From Blastocladiella emersonii ATCC 22665 (Eukaryota; Fungi; Blastocladiomycota), in contig JANHCV010000003.1 in NCBI GenBank assembly GCA_025594325.1, positions 2,170,001 to 2,234,000 on the forward strand: a DNA stretch of 64,000 bases. Reading direction: 5' to 3'. Of this stretch, positions 11,511 through 26,265 are shown piece after piece. The first letter of the stretch is position 1; each line of letters begins with the position of its first letter. A program made the position numbers and the translations under genes. The notes under the pieces are model-generated. The model was not told the DNA's origin. It saw only the letters and a list, made by a program, of their open reading frames with translations, and searched no databases.

Positions 11511-11899
11511 CTTGGGGTGGTTGATCGGTTACTTTCGGAGGAGGGAGAGAGAGAGCGCGCGGACGAGAAGGGCGGGCAGGGCAGGGGGTGGGCGTCGGGC
11601 GGGCGGGCGCAACCGTCGGGCGAGAGACGCCCACGGTGCCCGAGAGACGCGTGGGGCAAAACCGCGCCGATCCGCGCACGTGGCGGGCGCAAACCGCGTT
11701 TCAGGCGCGTCGACCTCTCCGCCGCGAATTCAGAGTCCCTGTGATTCCCTGTGACACTGCGACGAAGCAGCCCCAACATACATGCGCACGCAACTCGGTG
11801 CATCGGCCGCGTTGGCTGAGCGCGCAGCAGCTGCCCGAGGGTTGAGGAGTATTTGAACCCACCGGGCCCGCGCTCGGGCTTCCACTCTCCCCTTCGAGG

Positions 11900-12771
11900 A
11901 TGCATCCACCCGTCGCCGACAATACCATGATCGCCGTGCCCAAGCCCGACACCCACAACAACGGCACCACCACCAAGGCCACCGGCATCGCCGCCGAGTG
12001 CCTGGACAAGCACAGCGCCGGGTGGTCGGCGCTCACGGGCAACGGCTTCCTCAAGGCCCTGCGCGACGGCTCGCTGCCCGACACCATGTTCAACCGGCAC
12101 GGCTTTTCCTTACGCACCCGCGCAGCTCTCACTAACCCACCCCTCCGCGCCACAGCTGGCTCATGCAGGACTACCTGTTCGTCGTCGAGTTCACCAAGCT
12201 GATGGGCGAGCTGTTCGCGCTGGCCCCGCGCCGCGACGTTCCCACTCTATTCTCGGGCTTCGCCGCCGTGCGCGACGAGGTGGCGTGGTTCGAGTCGCAC
12301 CTGGCCCGCCTCGCCGCCAACGGCGTGCAGCACGTCGGCGTGCCGTCGCCCGACTTTGTCTCGGTCTCGACCACCCCGGCCGAGCTGCGCGGCACGCCGA
12401 TCGCGCCTCTCCCCGCGTGCGCCGAGTTCATCCAGTTCCTCGCCGACCTGCGCTCGCGCGCCCGCACCCTCGCGGCGGGTGGCGACTCCGCGCACGCGTA
12501 CCGCATCCTGCTCGTCGTGTTCTGGGCCATGGAGCACGCGTACGCGTCCGCCTGGGGCACGCTGCGCGGCGACCAGATGGTGCCGCAGCGGTACCGCGAG
12601 TTTGTCGACCGCTGGACCGTCCCCGAGTTTGAACAGTATGTCACGGACCTCGCCAAGGCGTCGGATGTCGCGTACGCCGGCGCGTCCGAGGAGCAGCGGC
12701 GTGAGGCGCTCGAGCTTGTCGAGGCGGTTGTCAAGCACGAGGACGCGTTCTGGGCCATGGTCCAGCACTGA
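11900..12771 (+). CDS. TenA/THI-4/PQQC (heme-oxygenase-like fold, Pet18/TenA_E-like) protein, 2 exons
   Basis: After splicing the GC-AG intron 12097-12155 the protein reads FLKALRDGSL..FNRWLMQDYLF. It also has the later motifs WAMEHAYASAW, YREFVDRWT..F and HEDAFWAM. Confidence 0.85.
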
Positions 12772-12806
12772 GTGATGTTGTCAAACAGAGTATCAATGTA
12801 TCAATA

Positions 12807-14866
12807 TCATCGTGAATCAACCGTAGTCTCAGACAGAATCCGCGACAACGACTCGAGCTCGACCACATCCTCATCCTCCTCCTCTTCGGCCACAAACAAC
12901 ACCGTCGCCTCGCTCTCCACCACGCGCTCGAGCGCCTCGCTCATCTCCCCCAGCACCCGCTCCGCGACCTTGACCGCCTCGAGCGCGCCCTCATTCGAGT
13001 ACGCCGCCTTGAGCTCCGTGAGCCGCGCCAGCAGCTCGCTGACGGGCCCGCGGATCTCGCTCTGCACCACGCCCGCCAACGTGTGCCGCGCCGCATCGAT
13101 TCGGGAAACGAGCGACGCCAGGTGCACCGCCTGCCGCTCGCCCAGCGCGCGCTGGAACTGCACCTCTGCGCCGTACACCTCGTTCGCGGTTGCGAGGGTA
13201 GCGAGCCGACGTGTCCACTCGGCCCACGCGGCGCGCGCTGCCGACTCGATCCGCGCGCGGAACGCCGGTGAGACGGAGGTTCCTGCGACGAGGGTGTTGA
13301 CCCACGCGTCGGCCGACTCGGGCGTCTCCACCTTCGCGGGTGGCGGCGGTGGGGGCCCCGACACGCGGCGCCGGTCGACCTTCCCCATCGTCGGCGGGCC
13401 CGTGCTCGTGACAGCCGCGACGGCGTGCACCGCGTCCGCGACGCCGCGGTCGACGGCGTCCCACGCGCGCGTGAGCCGCGGCCACCCGGGCCCGCGCCGC
13501 TCCAGGAGCCCGGGAGATACCATGGCCCACTGCGCCTGGAACCCGCGCAGCACGCGGTGCAGCGCGTCGAGCTGCGTCTCGCAGTCCGCGAGCGCCGTCC
13601 ACCACGCCGCCGCCGCCGCAGGCGCGTCCGGGGTTGACGACGGGTTGCGGCCAAACGGCTTCGGCGGCTCAGCGCCAGCCTCGGCCGCGGGCGTGTCGAG
13701 CCACTTCTCGCGCAGCTTGTGCGCGATCGCGACGAGGCCGGCGTGGACCGGTTTGAGGTCGGGTTTTCCCGCGGTGGCCGCCGTCAGCGACGCGACGGAT
13801 TCGCTGACTTCGTGGAACAGCGCGGTGCGGCGGGACAGGACCTCGGCCTGGTGGTCGACCTGCGCCTGCAGCTGCGCGTTCTGCGCGCGGAGCAGGAATA
13901 GGCGCTTTGCGCTCGCGTTCCCGTCGAGGGCCGCGCGCAGGGTCGCGGATTCGGCGCGCGCGGCGGCGAGCTACACGGTGAGCGGGTTAGTTTGGGTTGC
14001 GATGGGGGGAGGGCGCGGAAGAAGTACCTGCTCGCGCAACTCGCGGACCTCGCGCGACGTCGCCGCCGCATTATCCACCACGGCCCCCGGCTTCGCGCGT
14101 ACTGCCACACGGCTCGCGGTCCGCGACGCCGCGATGGGCGGGAGCTGTATCGACTCAGCCGTCGACTCGTCGCGCATCGCGCTCAACAGGTCCGGGTCGA
14201 GCACGCGCCCGTCGCGCGCGGCCGTCAGCGCGTCCTGAATGCTCGCGAGGCTGTTGGTCGACTCGGTCCCGACCGCGGACGCGCTGCTGGCGAGGCTGCT
14301 AGTGCTGTCATTTGAGAGCAGAGAGGACCGCCGGCGCGTGTTCGCCGCAGCGGCGGAGAGTTTGGCGATCAGGAACTGGATCGCGGACTGGTCGTTGCGC
14401 ACGGCCGAGCGGATCGGCATGCCGAGCGCCTAGCGGGCGGGTACAGTGTGAGATTTGTGAGGGTGCGGCGGCGGGGCTGAGGGGCGACGTACCTGCCTTG
14501 AGGTCGCGCGTCACGATCTGGTCGAGGTTGCCTTGGTGGTACGGCTACGATGCGGTCGCCGTCGTCAGTATGATAGAGAAGAACGAGGACAGGGCACCGT
14601 ACCGTCGCCACGCCGTTCTCCTCGAGGTACGCCAGCGCAAACGGCTTGCCGAGCTTCTTGAGCAGCGTGCCGAGCAGCGAGTACCGCTTGACCTCGAGCA
14701 CGACGCCGAGCGGGCCGACATCGTCGACGTCATTCGCCGAGGACGGCGACCCGCGCGTCCGCAGGATCGCAACAAAGTCGTCCTCGGACACGCCGAGCCC
14801 GCGCGCGATGCTGCGGATGCGCCGGTACGCCGCGAACGGGTTGTTGCCGGGAGTCTCAGTGTCCAT
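12807..14866 (-). CDS. Hypothetical protein with a central coiled coil, 4 exons
   Basis: ORF segments 14866-, 14420- and 13970- are linked by ~55-70 nt GTAC...TAG introns (near 14600, 14490 and 14028). The open frame ends at 12807 with an acidic tail. Confidence 0.6.
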
Positions 14867-15011
14867 GCGAGTGTTTCATGAGCGACGTCGTCGTCGTCGA
14901 CGACGGCGGGCGAGCGATGAGATGACAGCTCGTTCTCCTGACCTCGCTCGCTCACGACCCCACTTTTATGAAGCACTACCCCGTGTAACAAGTCTCTGCA
15001 ACGCCATCACA

Positions 15012-16832
15012 ATGCCGCCCCGCCGCGCCCCCTGCACGCGGTGCGGGTCGACCAAGTTCCGGCGCCGCGACGGCGTGCTGTACTGCCGCGAGGGCCACCA
15101 GGTCCAGGGCTACGTCCAGGTCGAGGGCGACGAGGCCGATGCCGCGCGCGGTGGGCGAAGGCTGCATATCAAGAAGGGCCGCCGGCAGCGCCGCGCTAGG
15201 GATGGTATGAACGGGTTGAGAGTGATGGGCGGATGGAGCGCTGACAGTCGCCAAAGAGATCGTGTACGGGCCCGAGGGCCAGATGCTCGCGTACGAGGCG
15301 TTCCAAATCATCCTCCAGCACCAGGTCGCCGCGATGCGCGACCGGCTCGGGTTACCGGCCGAGTTTGAGGTGCGAACTGCGCTGTCCCGGTTCCCCCTTG
15401 CAGCAGTGAACTGACTCCAGAAGGTGTAGGCGCTGTGCCGAGACATTTGGCTGCTCATCGCCGAGTCACACGAGCTCAAGGCGCCCGCGCCGGCCGCCGC
15501 GCCGCCGGGCTCCGGCGGGCCCGAGGTCGAGGACTTGGATGCGCCCATCGCGTCGTCGGTGCGTTCGAGCCAGGCCCTGTACGCGCGCGTGTTTGGGAGC
15601 CAGTCGGGGTTCGGTCTCGGCAGCGACGACGACGACGACGAGTCGGAGAGCGGGTCCGAGTCCGGCTCGGGGTCCGACACTGGCAAGCTCAAGTACGCGA
15701 AGCGCGAGGACCCGGCCGAGCTCCTCGCGAACGCGCCGAAGCGCAAGGTGCCGCGGCTGCAGTCCGCCGACACTATCTCGCTCAGCCTCGCGCCCTGCAT
15801 CCTGTACGTGGCGTGCCTCCACCTGCGCGTGCCGCTGCTCGTCGGCGACGTGCACCGCATGTGCGCGGCCAACGAGATCCCGTACCTCTCGGCGTACACC
15901 CTGCTCCCGCCCGTCATGCAGAAGACGGTCATGGGCCGGTTTCATCACGCGCTGCAGCCATGGGTGCGTCTGACTGGCTCGTAGCTGGAGGTTGCTTGGC
16001 ACTGACGTTCAGCGGTGTGTAGTATGTCCCGCAACCGGTGCGCATGCACCACCTCGTCACATCCGTGGTGCAGCTGCTCGACCACACGTTCGGCATCGCG
16101 ACGCCGCCCGTCGCGGCGCCCGGCCTCCTCGTGCGGTGGGCCATCGAGTGGCGGCAACCCGCGTCCTTCTACTCGCGCGCCCTCCGCCTCATCACGGCGT
16201 ACACGTCCGCGTCGGGCCGCGACCTGACGTGGCTCGCGGCGGACCCGATGACGCGCGACCCGCGCGGCGCCACGCCCCGCGGGTCCCCGCACAACCCAGA
16301 ACTCCTCCTCGGCGCGCTCGTCTTGCTCGCGGTCCGGTCGCAGCTCCCCGTCTCCGAGGACGACGACGCGAACGCCGACCCGCACGCGCTCCCGCCGCTG
16401 CCCCCGATCTCGGCGGCCAACCCGCCCACGACGTACCCGGCGCTCATGGCGTGGGCGAGCCAGGCGCCCGCCGAGTTTGCCGCGTTCACCGCCAAGAACG
16501 TGCCCGGGTTCGCCCCCAGCGACGCGTGGGGCGGCGGGAAGTGGGCGAATGTCGAGAGCTTGCTCGAGGGGATCGTCGGCGAGTCGGCGCCGCCGGCACA
16601 GCAGCAGCAGAAGGGCAGTGGGGTTCGGACGGGACTCCTGTCCCTGCAGCACCACGGGAGCGACGACGACGAGGGCATGGTCGAGCAGCAGGGCCGCTCG
16701 CTCGCGCACGCCGGCGCGTACCTGGCGCACGCGCGCGACCTCGTGCTCACCAGCCTGCGGTGCACGGGCGACGACTTTGACCAGGCCCTGCGGACCGCAG
16801 CCGAGGTCCTGGCGCGTGCGGAAGCGGCGTAG
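15012..16832 (+). CDS. RRN7: RNA polymerase I initiation factor Rrn7/TAF1B-like, multi-exon
   Basis: N-terminal zinc ribbon CTRCGSTKF..DGVLYCREGH, then ALCRDIW, and cyclin-fold segment ILYVACLHLRVPLLVGDVHR..EIPYL. Introns lie near 15205, 15370 and 15965; AATAAA at 16849. Confidence 0.8.
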
Positions 16833-16970
16833 CGAAGGATGAGATTGCAATAAACGTTGAGTTTGATCGGAGACGCGTGTGTCGTTGAGCAGCGGACGCG
16901 GCGGCCGAGCTGGTGGCGCCCGCCTTCTCCCCTCCTTACGACAGCGGCCCCGCCGTCGCCACGCCCTCCC

Positions 16971-19900
16971 ATGGACCAACCACCACATGCAAGCCCGTCG
17001 CTGAGGCCGCTGCTGGCGCCGCCCGCAAGGCCGGGCGCCAACCCCGTCGCCATGCCGCGCCCGGTGTACGGCAGCCTGGCGGATCGCAGCGCGACGCCCT
17101 CGTCCATGGCCGGGCTCGCGCCCGCGTCGCCCGTGCACCGGCGGCCCGCCAGCTCGACGCTCGCCGGCGCCCACACCACGCGCGGCACCGCGTCGCTGCG
17201 CGGCACGCTAAGGTCGTCGAGCTACCTGCCGCCGCCCGAGACGGCACCCTCGCTGCAGCAGCGGTTCGTCGTGTTGTTGGATACGACCGTCTTTGGCGCC
17301 GTCTACGTGCTCGCCGACGCCGCCGCGTCCGTCCTCTACGCCGTCCTCTACGTCGTCGCGTCAAAGTACACGGGCGGCGACCGGCCGGCCGTCATCCCGC
17401 CGCCGTCTGGGTCGCCACCGAGGACGAGTTTTGGGGGTGACGACGACGCGTGTCTCAACTGCATGCCGCGGTCGCTCGTCGTCGCCGAGTTCGCCACCGC
17501 CATCGCCATCCTGCTCATCTTCCTCCCGCGCCTCCTCTTCTCGTACCCGACCGAGACGTTCGCGTCGCGCTTCCTCCGGCCCGGCGTCGTTTTTACGATG
17601 CTCGCCACCTTCCCCGTGATCGCCCTGCGCGGCCCGTGGCGGTGGTCCGGCGACCACGCCGTGTACGACGGCCTGTTCGCGCTCCCGCCGCCTGATTTCG
17701 GCGCTGATGCCGCCCTCCCCGCCGTTGACACATGGGCGCCCGTCCGCCAGGCGCTGTCGCACCTGATCCTGCTGTGGCCGCTGCGGTTCCTGCGCGTGTG
17801 GTGGAGCGCGCAGCGCGCGTTCACGCTGCTGACCGAGCACCCGGCGTTCGTGCGGCCGTGGTCGTCGTCATCCGCAACACAGGCGTCGCGACACCGGTGG
17901 TGCGGGGTGCGGTGGACGCTGCGCGCGCCGTCGCAGGTCGCGTGCCAGATCCTGGCGCTCATCACAGGCGTCGTGTGCACGCTGCTCGTGTGCGCGGGGA
18001 TGCTGCACATCATCGAGTTCAAGTACGCGCGCGACGTGCGCGCGGGCAACGACCTGTCGTTCTTTGACGCCTTCTTCTTCACGTCGCTCATCGCCACCAC
18101 CATCTCGTACGACTCGGCGCTCGTCCCCGACGCGGCGTTCCCGCGCATCACCATCCTCGTCATCATCCTCGTCGGCATCGGGTTCGTCCCCTACGGCATC
18201 GCCCAGGTCATGTACGCCGTCAGCCTCCGCAACCCGTGGGACGCGCGCCTCGTCCACGACCCGCACCAGCACCACGTCGTCGTCGTCGGCAGCGGCGCCG
18301 CCCTCGAGGCCTTCACCCTGCGCCACTTCCTCGCCGAGTTCCTCGCCTTCTCGCACGGGCCCGCCGTCATGGCCGCGAAAGTCGTCATCCTCGCCCCGCA
18401 CGACCCACCCCCGCGCACCGTCCGCGTCCTCCGCGAACCCGCGTTCCGCCACCGCGTCCAGTGGATCCGCGGCAGCGCCCTGTCCGTCGACTCGCTCGTA
18501 GGCCGCGCCGACGTCCGCCGCGCTCGCGCCTGCTTCGTCCTCGCACGCAAGTTCGCCGACTCGTCGCGCGCCGTCGACGCCGAAAATGTGCTTCGCGCCA
18601 TGGCGCTCGCGGCAGCGAGCCCCGCGCCCATCTACGTCCAGTGCCTGCTCCCCGACACCCGCCGCCATTTCGCGCACTTTGCGGATACGGTCCTGTGCGT
18701 CGACACCCTCAAACTCGCGGTCCTCGCGCGGTCTGCCCTGTGCCCCGGGTTCTCCACCCTCGTCTACCTCCTTTCGACGACGATCGCCGTACCGCCGCCG
18801 CCCGCGCAGGCGCATATCCCGCACCGCGACCACAATGGGTACAACTCGGGCATGTCGGCGGCCGCCATCGAGGCCGCGGGCGGGCACGCCGAGGGCGGCA
18901 GCGACGCCGACAACGAGCGCGCGGCGTGGGACGACTTTGCGCACTCGGCCAACGTCGGGCTGTACCCGGTGGTCCCGCACGCGAGCGCCGAGGGCCACAC
19001 GTTCGCGTCGGTCGCCGCGCACTGGTACCACGACCTCGGGCTCGTCCTGCTGGGCCTCAGCGGCGACGGCGGGCACCCCGACGACGACGTGGTCCTCGCG
19101 CCCATGGCGTGGGTCATGTCCGGGTCCGAGGTCGCATACGTCTTGGCCCTCAGCGAGCCGCACGCCGCGCGCGCCGCGGCGCACGTCCTCCCGCGCCGCC
19201 CCGTGTCGGTCGTCCCGCCCGTCCCCTCGATCCCGCCGCACTGGCCCGCGATCAACGTCGTCCCGCTCGTCCCCTCGCCCAGCTCCACGCCGATCCTCGC
19301 GCCCACGCCCGTCCACCCGTCGCCCCTCGGGATTCCTACGGCCGCGTCGGGACCGCGGATCCAGACCCCGCCGCGGCTCGCGACCGACGCCACGCCCGCA
19401 TCGACCACCGCGGCATCCGTAGCCCAGGGTACCTCCCTCGCCGCCGTCGACTTTCCCTCGTTCCAGTACGCGCTGCACCGGCGCCGGTCGCGCATGGTGT
19501 CCGCCGGCGGCGCCAGCGCGTCACCCGACGGACAGGATCTCGCGGCGCTCCGCCGCAACCTGACGCGGCCGAGTCGCGCGCTTCCGAGTGGTGGGGCCGC
19601 GGGGGCGGGGTTGTCGTTGCAGCGGTTCCACACAATCGATTTTTCGGGCCGCCGCGGCCAGCAGCAGCGCGGCGATGCAGACGAGGATGATGACGAGGAA
19701 GAGGAGGACGATGACGAGACCACGCCCACGGCGACGACGACGACGAGCACCGCGACCAAGGCGCTCCGCCTCCTGCGCCGGCTACAGCGCGGGCGCAAGC
19801 CGGCGCCCCCGCCGCCTTCGTCGCGCCGCACCGCGGGCAACGGCGCGGTCACCGACGGCGAGCTCGCGGCGTACGCCGAGGAGGACGAGTACGGCGAGGA

Positions 19901-21569
19901 GGAGCTCCCGCTGCTCTCGAGCAGCCTGGGCCCGTTCCAGCAGCGCCCGCCGTGGGAGTCTGCCGCCGCCGAGCCCTTGCCGCCGCGGCCTGCCCCGCCG
20001 CGCAGCCGCGCAACGTTCACCGACGACGAGGATCCAGCGACCCTGGTCCCCGGCGCCGCGTCGCTCTCGGTGTCGCCCGTCTCGGGGTACATGCGGCAGC
20101 ACTCGCCGCCCGCTCCCGCGAAGCAGGCGTCCGTGTTCGCTACCCCGACTCCCCGCGCGCGCACCGTCAGCAGCAGCGGGACTGCGCTCCCGGCGCTCGC
20201 ACACCGGCGCGCCCCGACGCCGCCGTTCCGGCCCACGCCCTCGTCGCCGCTGATCGCGCCCACCGTCGTGCATTCCCCACCACCGCCGCCGCCGTCGGCT
20301 CCGCCCGTGGTCCCGCCACCGCGCTCCCCCTTCACCCCCTCCCCGCTCCCGCGCATGTCGGTGCTCACGAGCCTCGACGACGAGATCGAGTGCAAGTTCA
20401 CGGACCACATCCTGATCTGCGCGCCGTCGTCGGCGTCGTCCGGCGCCGCGGCCACGTTCCCCGCGAACCTCGAGTGCTTCCTCCACCCACTCGCGCAGAG
20501 CCGGCACGCGCCCGTGTCGCCCGCGCTCATCGCCGCGCCGATGGGGCCTCCAGCGCCAGCACGGATCCCCGTCGTCGTCCTGTGCGAGGCGGCCCCGTCC
20601 CGTGGCGAGTGGGCACGCCTCACGGACGCGTACGGCGGGACTGGCGAGAAGCTCCAGTACGTCGTCGGCAGCCCGCTCGTGATCCGAGACCTCCTGCGTG
20701 CCGGCGCCGCGCGCGCGAGCCGCGCGATTGTGCTTGCGGACGAGACGGCGGTCGTTGCGGCGTCGGCGAGCCGCGCGGCTGCGGGCGGGGGCGGGGGCGG
20801 GGAGAAGACTGAGGACGCGAATGCGATGATGGTACGCTTGTCCTTGCTCGGTTCTGTTTAATGATTGTGGAGCTGACAGCGCGCGTGTGTGGGTGTAGAC
20901 CGTGTTCAATCTCAAGACCGTGTGCCCGGCCAACACGTTCATCGTGGCCGAGTTTGTGCACAACGAGACAATGCGGTTCCTCACCGAGCAGGACGTCAGC
21001 CCCGACAACGCGTCCGAGGTGCTCGACGCGGCCAACGCGCTTGCCGCTGGCGAGTCCATCCGTACGCTCTCCCCGCCTACTTCCGTCCCGCTATCACCAA
21101 CTGACCTCCTCACCCCGATTGTGTAGCCCACCGCTCGCCGTCGTTCATGGCCGGCAACGTGTTCACGGTGAGCATGCTGGACTCGCTGGTCGCGCAGTCG
21201 TACTACGCGCCGCACCTGGTCCGCGTCCTGCGCCAGCTGCTGCACATCGACGACCCGTGGGTCGAGAACGTGGCCCCGCCGCCCGGCGCCGCATCGTGGT
21301 ACCCGAGCGAGGATGGTCATCCGGACGTGGTCCAGGAACCTGTCCCCGCCGAGCTCGCGGGACGCACGTTCCGCGACGCGTTCCCGTGGTGGCTCCGCGA
21401 ACGGAAAGCCGTCCCGCTCGCCATCTACCGGCTCGCGCGCGGGTTCCGCCGCGTCATCATGGCGCCGCCGCCCGCGACCGTGGTCCAGGCCGAGGACCGC
21501 GTGTTTCTCCTCGCGACGGCCGGCGCGGTGGTAGGAAACGGTCTGGTCGAGTCGCCGGCGGACGTGTAA
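16971..21569 (+). CDS. Slo/BK-family (Ca-activated K+ channel-like) protein: TM domain, pore, RCK1, long low-complexity linker, RCK2
   Basis: S4-like LRFLRVW, pore helix FFDAFFFTSLIATT, RCK1 HVVVVG..GSAL..ARACFVLA..DAENVLRA, LKLAVLARSALCPGFSTLVYLL, and RCK2 GNVFTVSMLDSLVAQSYY. Introns near 20831-20898 and 21062-21126. Confidence 0.85.
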
Positions 21570-21671
21570 AGAGAAGAACGAGGCCTAGGATAACTGTACC
21601 CATCAAATGAACGAGCGAACGAATGAATGAACATGCATACCCTCCCCCTGCACTTGTATTGCATTGCACCG

Positions 21672-23783
<2,112 letters not shown>

Positions 23784-23938
23784 TGCGGGGAGCGTTGCAT
23801 GGCAGTTTTGTGATAATGTGTGAGGTACGGGGACTCGAAGACGGCGCGAGCTGGCGGGGGGTGAGACGCGTCCCGCTGCACCCCACGTGCGCAAAGCCGA
23901 CGCGTCGAATATCAAGTCTCGCTCTATTCACCGCAAGG

Positions 23939-25784
23939 TCAACTCAACAGGATTGGCAGCACGGCGCGGTTGCGCTCCTGGATCTTGATGCGGTTCTGTG
24001 CGCCGTGCAGCTCCTTGTACGCGGCCTGGAGGACCTCGAGCTCGTTCTTGAGCGCCTCGAGCTCGTCGACGCGCTGCTCGTAGTCGCGCAGCAGCGCCTC
24101 GTTCCCAAGCAGCCCGTTCTTCTCGCGCAGGTACACGTTCTTCTGGCGCAGCGCATCGCGCCGCTGCTTGGTCACGGGCAGCGCGTCGCGCTCCTCGGTC
24201 ACCTGCGCGTCGAGATCCTGCAGCTCCGTCTTGAGCTCGCGGTTCTCCTCCTGCACGAACTGCAGCTTCTCCTTGATGTGCGCCAGCACCTGCACCACGT
24301 TCGTGATCTTCTTGCGCAGCTTCATGAGCTCCTACACGTCCTCCGTGTGTCAGTTGCTGCTCGATCGATACAGGAGCAAAGTAACGCACCTCGTTGCGCT
24401 CCTCGATCTTCTCGTTGTACGTCTGGTTCTCGATCTTGAGCTGCTCGAAATCGATGAGGTGCAGGCCCTCGGCGAGCTCCTCCTTCTGGCGCAGCGTCTG
24501 CTCGTGGCGCTTGAGCTTGTTGCGCAGCTTGATGTTCTCGAGCCGGACGCCCGCCACGTCCTGCTCCTTCTTGGCCTCGAGCGCCTCCATCTGCTCAATC
24601 ACCTTGAGCGGAATCGGCTTGCCCGTGCGGCTGTTCTCGGCCGACACGGCCACCTGCCGCTTGAACTTGCGGAACTCCTCGGTCTTGTCGGCAATCTCGT
24701 GCTTCTTCTCCTGCAGCTTGGCCTTGTACTCGTCGGCGAGCTGCGCGTTCGACCGCTCCATCACGTCGTACTCCTCGCGCAGCTGACGCAGGCTCGTCAT
24801 GATGTTCGCGTACCGCTGGTCCTGGTCCGTCACCGACTTGTCCGACTCGGTCGCCTTCTCCTCGGCCTACGCGTCGGGGGCGCGTCAGTCATGGTCGGGG
24901 TCAGTGAGTTGCACAAGCCGTACCCGCCGCTTGCGGAACAGATCGCTCAGCTTGTTCTGCAGCCCGACGTTGGTCGCCCGCAGCGCCTCGCGCGCCATGA
25001 GCGCATCCTTGATCCGCTTGATGCACGCCTCGCGGTCGACCTGCACCTCCTCCGAGTTGCTCGCTCCCTCGACCGTGTCGTGCGCCGCCGCGTCGCCGGG
25101 GGTCGTATCTGCCCCAAGCTCGGTCGCCGCGGTCGTCGGGGCGTCACCTGCTGCTGCATCGGCGTGTTCGGCGTCGCGCTCCTCGTTGCCAGCTTCGGAT
25201 GCAGCGACCGACAGCTCGCCGTCGTGCTCCGCCTCGCCCGCCGGCTCGGCACCGGTGCTCTCGTCGAGCCCCTGCGACCCGAGCGCCGAGCCAGCAGCGC
25301 CCGGATTGTCGGCGCCGCCTTCCTCGACGGCATCGCCAGCCGGATCGGCGGGTTCCCCGTCGGCAGGACCTTCGGCGGCCGGTTCGCCGCCTTGACCTTC
25401 CTCGCCCGTGACTGCCGGGTCGCCGCCAGTAGACTCGCCCTCGACGGGCGTGCCGTCGCCATCTGCGGCTGCACCGTCGCCTTCGGCCGCGGGTGCATCA
25501 TCGGCAGCCGCATCGCTCGGTACAGCGGGCTGTTCGCCGCCGTCGCCACCGCTAGTCGAGTCCGGCTCGGTTGCAGCCTCACCCGCTTCCGCCGCCGGGA
25601 CGTCAGCGTCTGCAGGTGCCGCGGCCTGTTCTGCGGCAGGATCGGCCGACGCGCTCTCGGCAGGCTCAGCGCTCGCGGCCTCAGTGGCTTCCGCCGGCGG
25701 GTCGACCGCGACAACGAGCTCTGAGGCGGCGACCGGCTCGGCCTCGGGCGGCGGGAGTTCAGTAGGTGGTGCTGCGTCAGCCAT
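23939..25784 (-). CDS. CCDC96: Cilia/flagella-associated coiled-coil protein CCDC96/CFAP184 (DUF4201) with acidic Ala/Glu-rich N-terminus
   Basis: SAENSRTGKPIP, VRLENIKLRNKL, KEELAEGLHLIDFEQLKIENQTYNEKIEERN and KLRKKITNVVQVLAHIKEKL. Introns near 24870-24925 and 24335-24388. Confidence 0.88.
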
Positions 25785-25832
25785 GATTCATGAGCTTCTA
25801 TGAGTGTCTCGAGGGAGCGGATGGGCGATGAA

Positions 25833-25845
25833 ACGCGTCACGAAA
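25833..25845. promoter_or_regulatory. Adjacent MCB (ACGCGT) and SCB (CACGAAA) boxes upstream of CCDC96
   Basis: ACGCGTCACGAAA lies ~50 nt upstream of the 25784 start. The same composite occurs at 7547 and 9162. Confidence 0.4.
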
Positions 25846-26265
25846 GCGCGACGCGGAAATGTCTCGCATCCGTCACGTGACGTCGTGTCTCGCAGCTTGA
25901 CGACGTGTTTGCGACGCGATTTTCGGGGCTAAGAGTCCAAGAGGAGCGCTGGAGAAGAGATGGTGCAACAAAAAATAATTTTTTTGAGGTTTGTGATGGT
26001 AGGGTGACTGCAAACGGGACGGGACGGCAAGGCAGGCGCCGTTGCTTCAAAACAAGGGAATTAAAGAGCAAACAACAACAAGAGCGACGATGGAAGGGAG
26101 CTGCTGCTCCCCATGAAGTTTGGGAATGGGTCGAGGTTTTTTTTGCGAAGGAGTGTCGCAGAGGCTACGAGTTAGGCGTCGTCGCCCCGAAACGCGAGTG
26201 AATCGTACGACTCGCTTGAGAACGTGAAATCCAATGAGTCTTTTGAGAGTGGGTACGTTAATAAG

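Noticed and set aside
16857-16970. TTG start for the channel ORF
   Set aside because: It overlaps the RRN7 polyadenylation region (AATAAA at 16849); ATG 16971 is the more plausible eukaryotic start.
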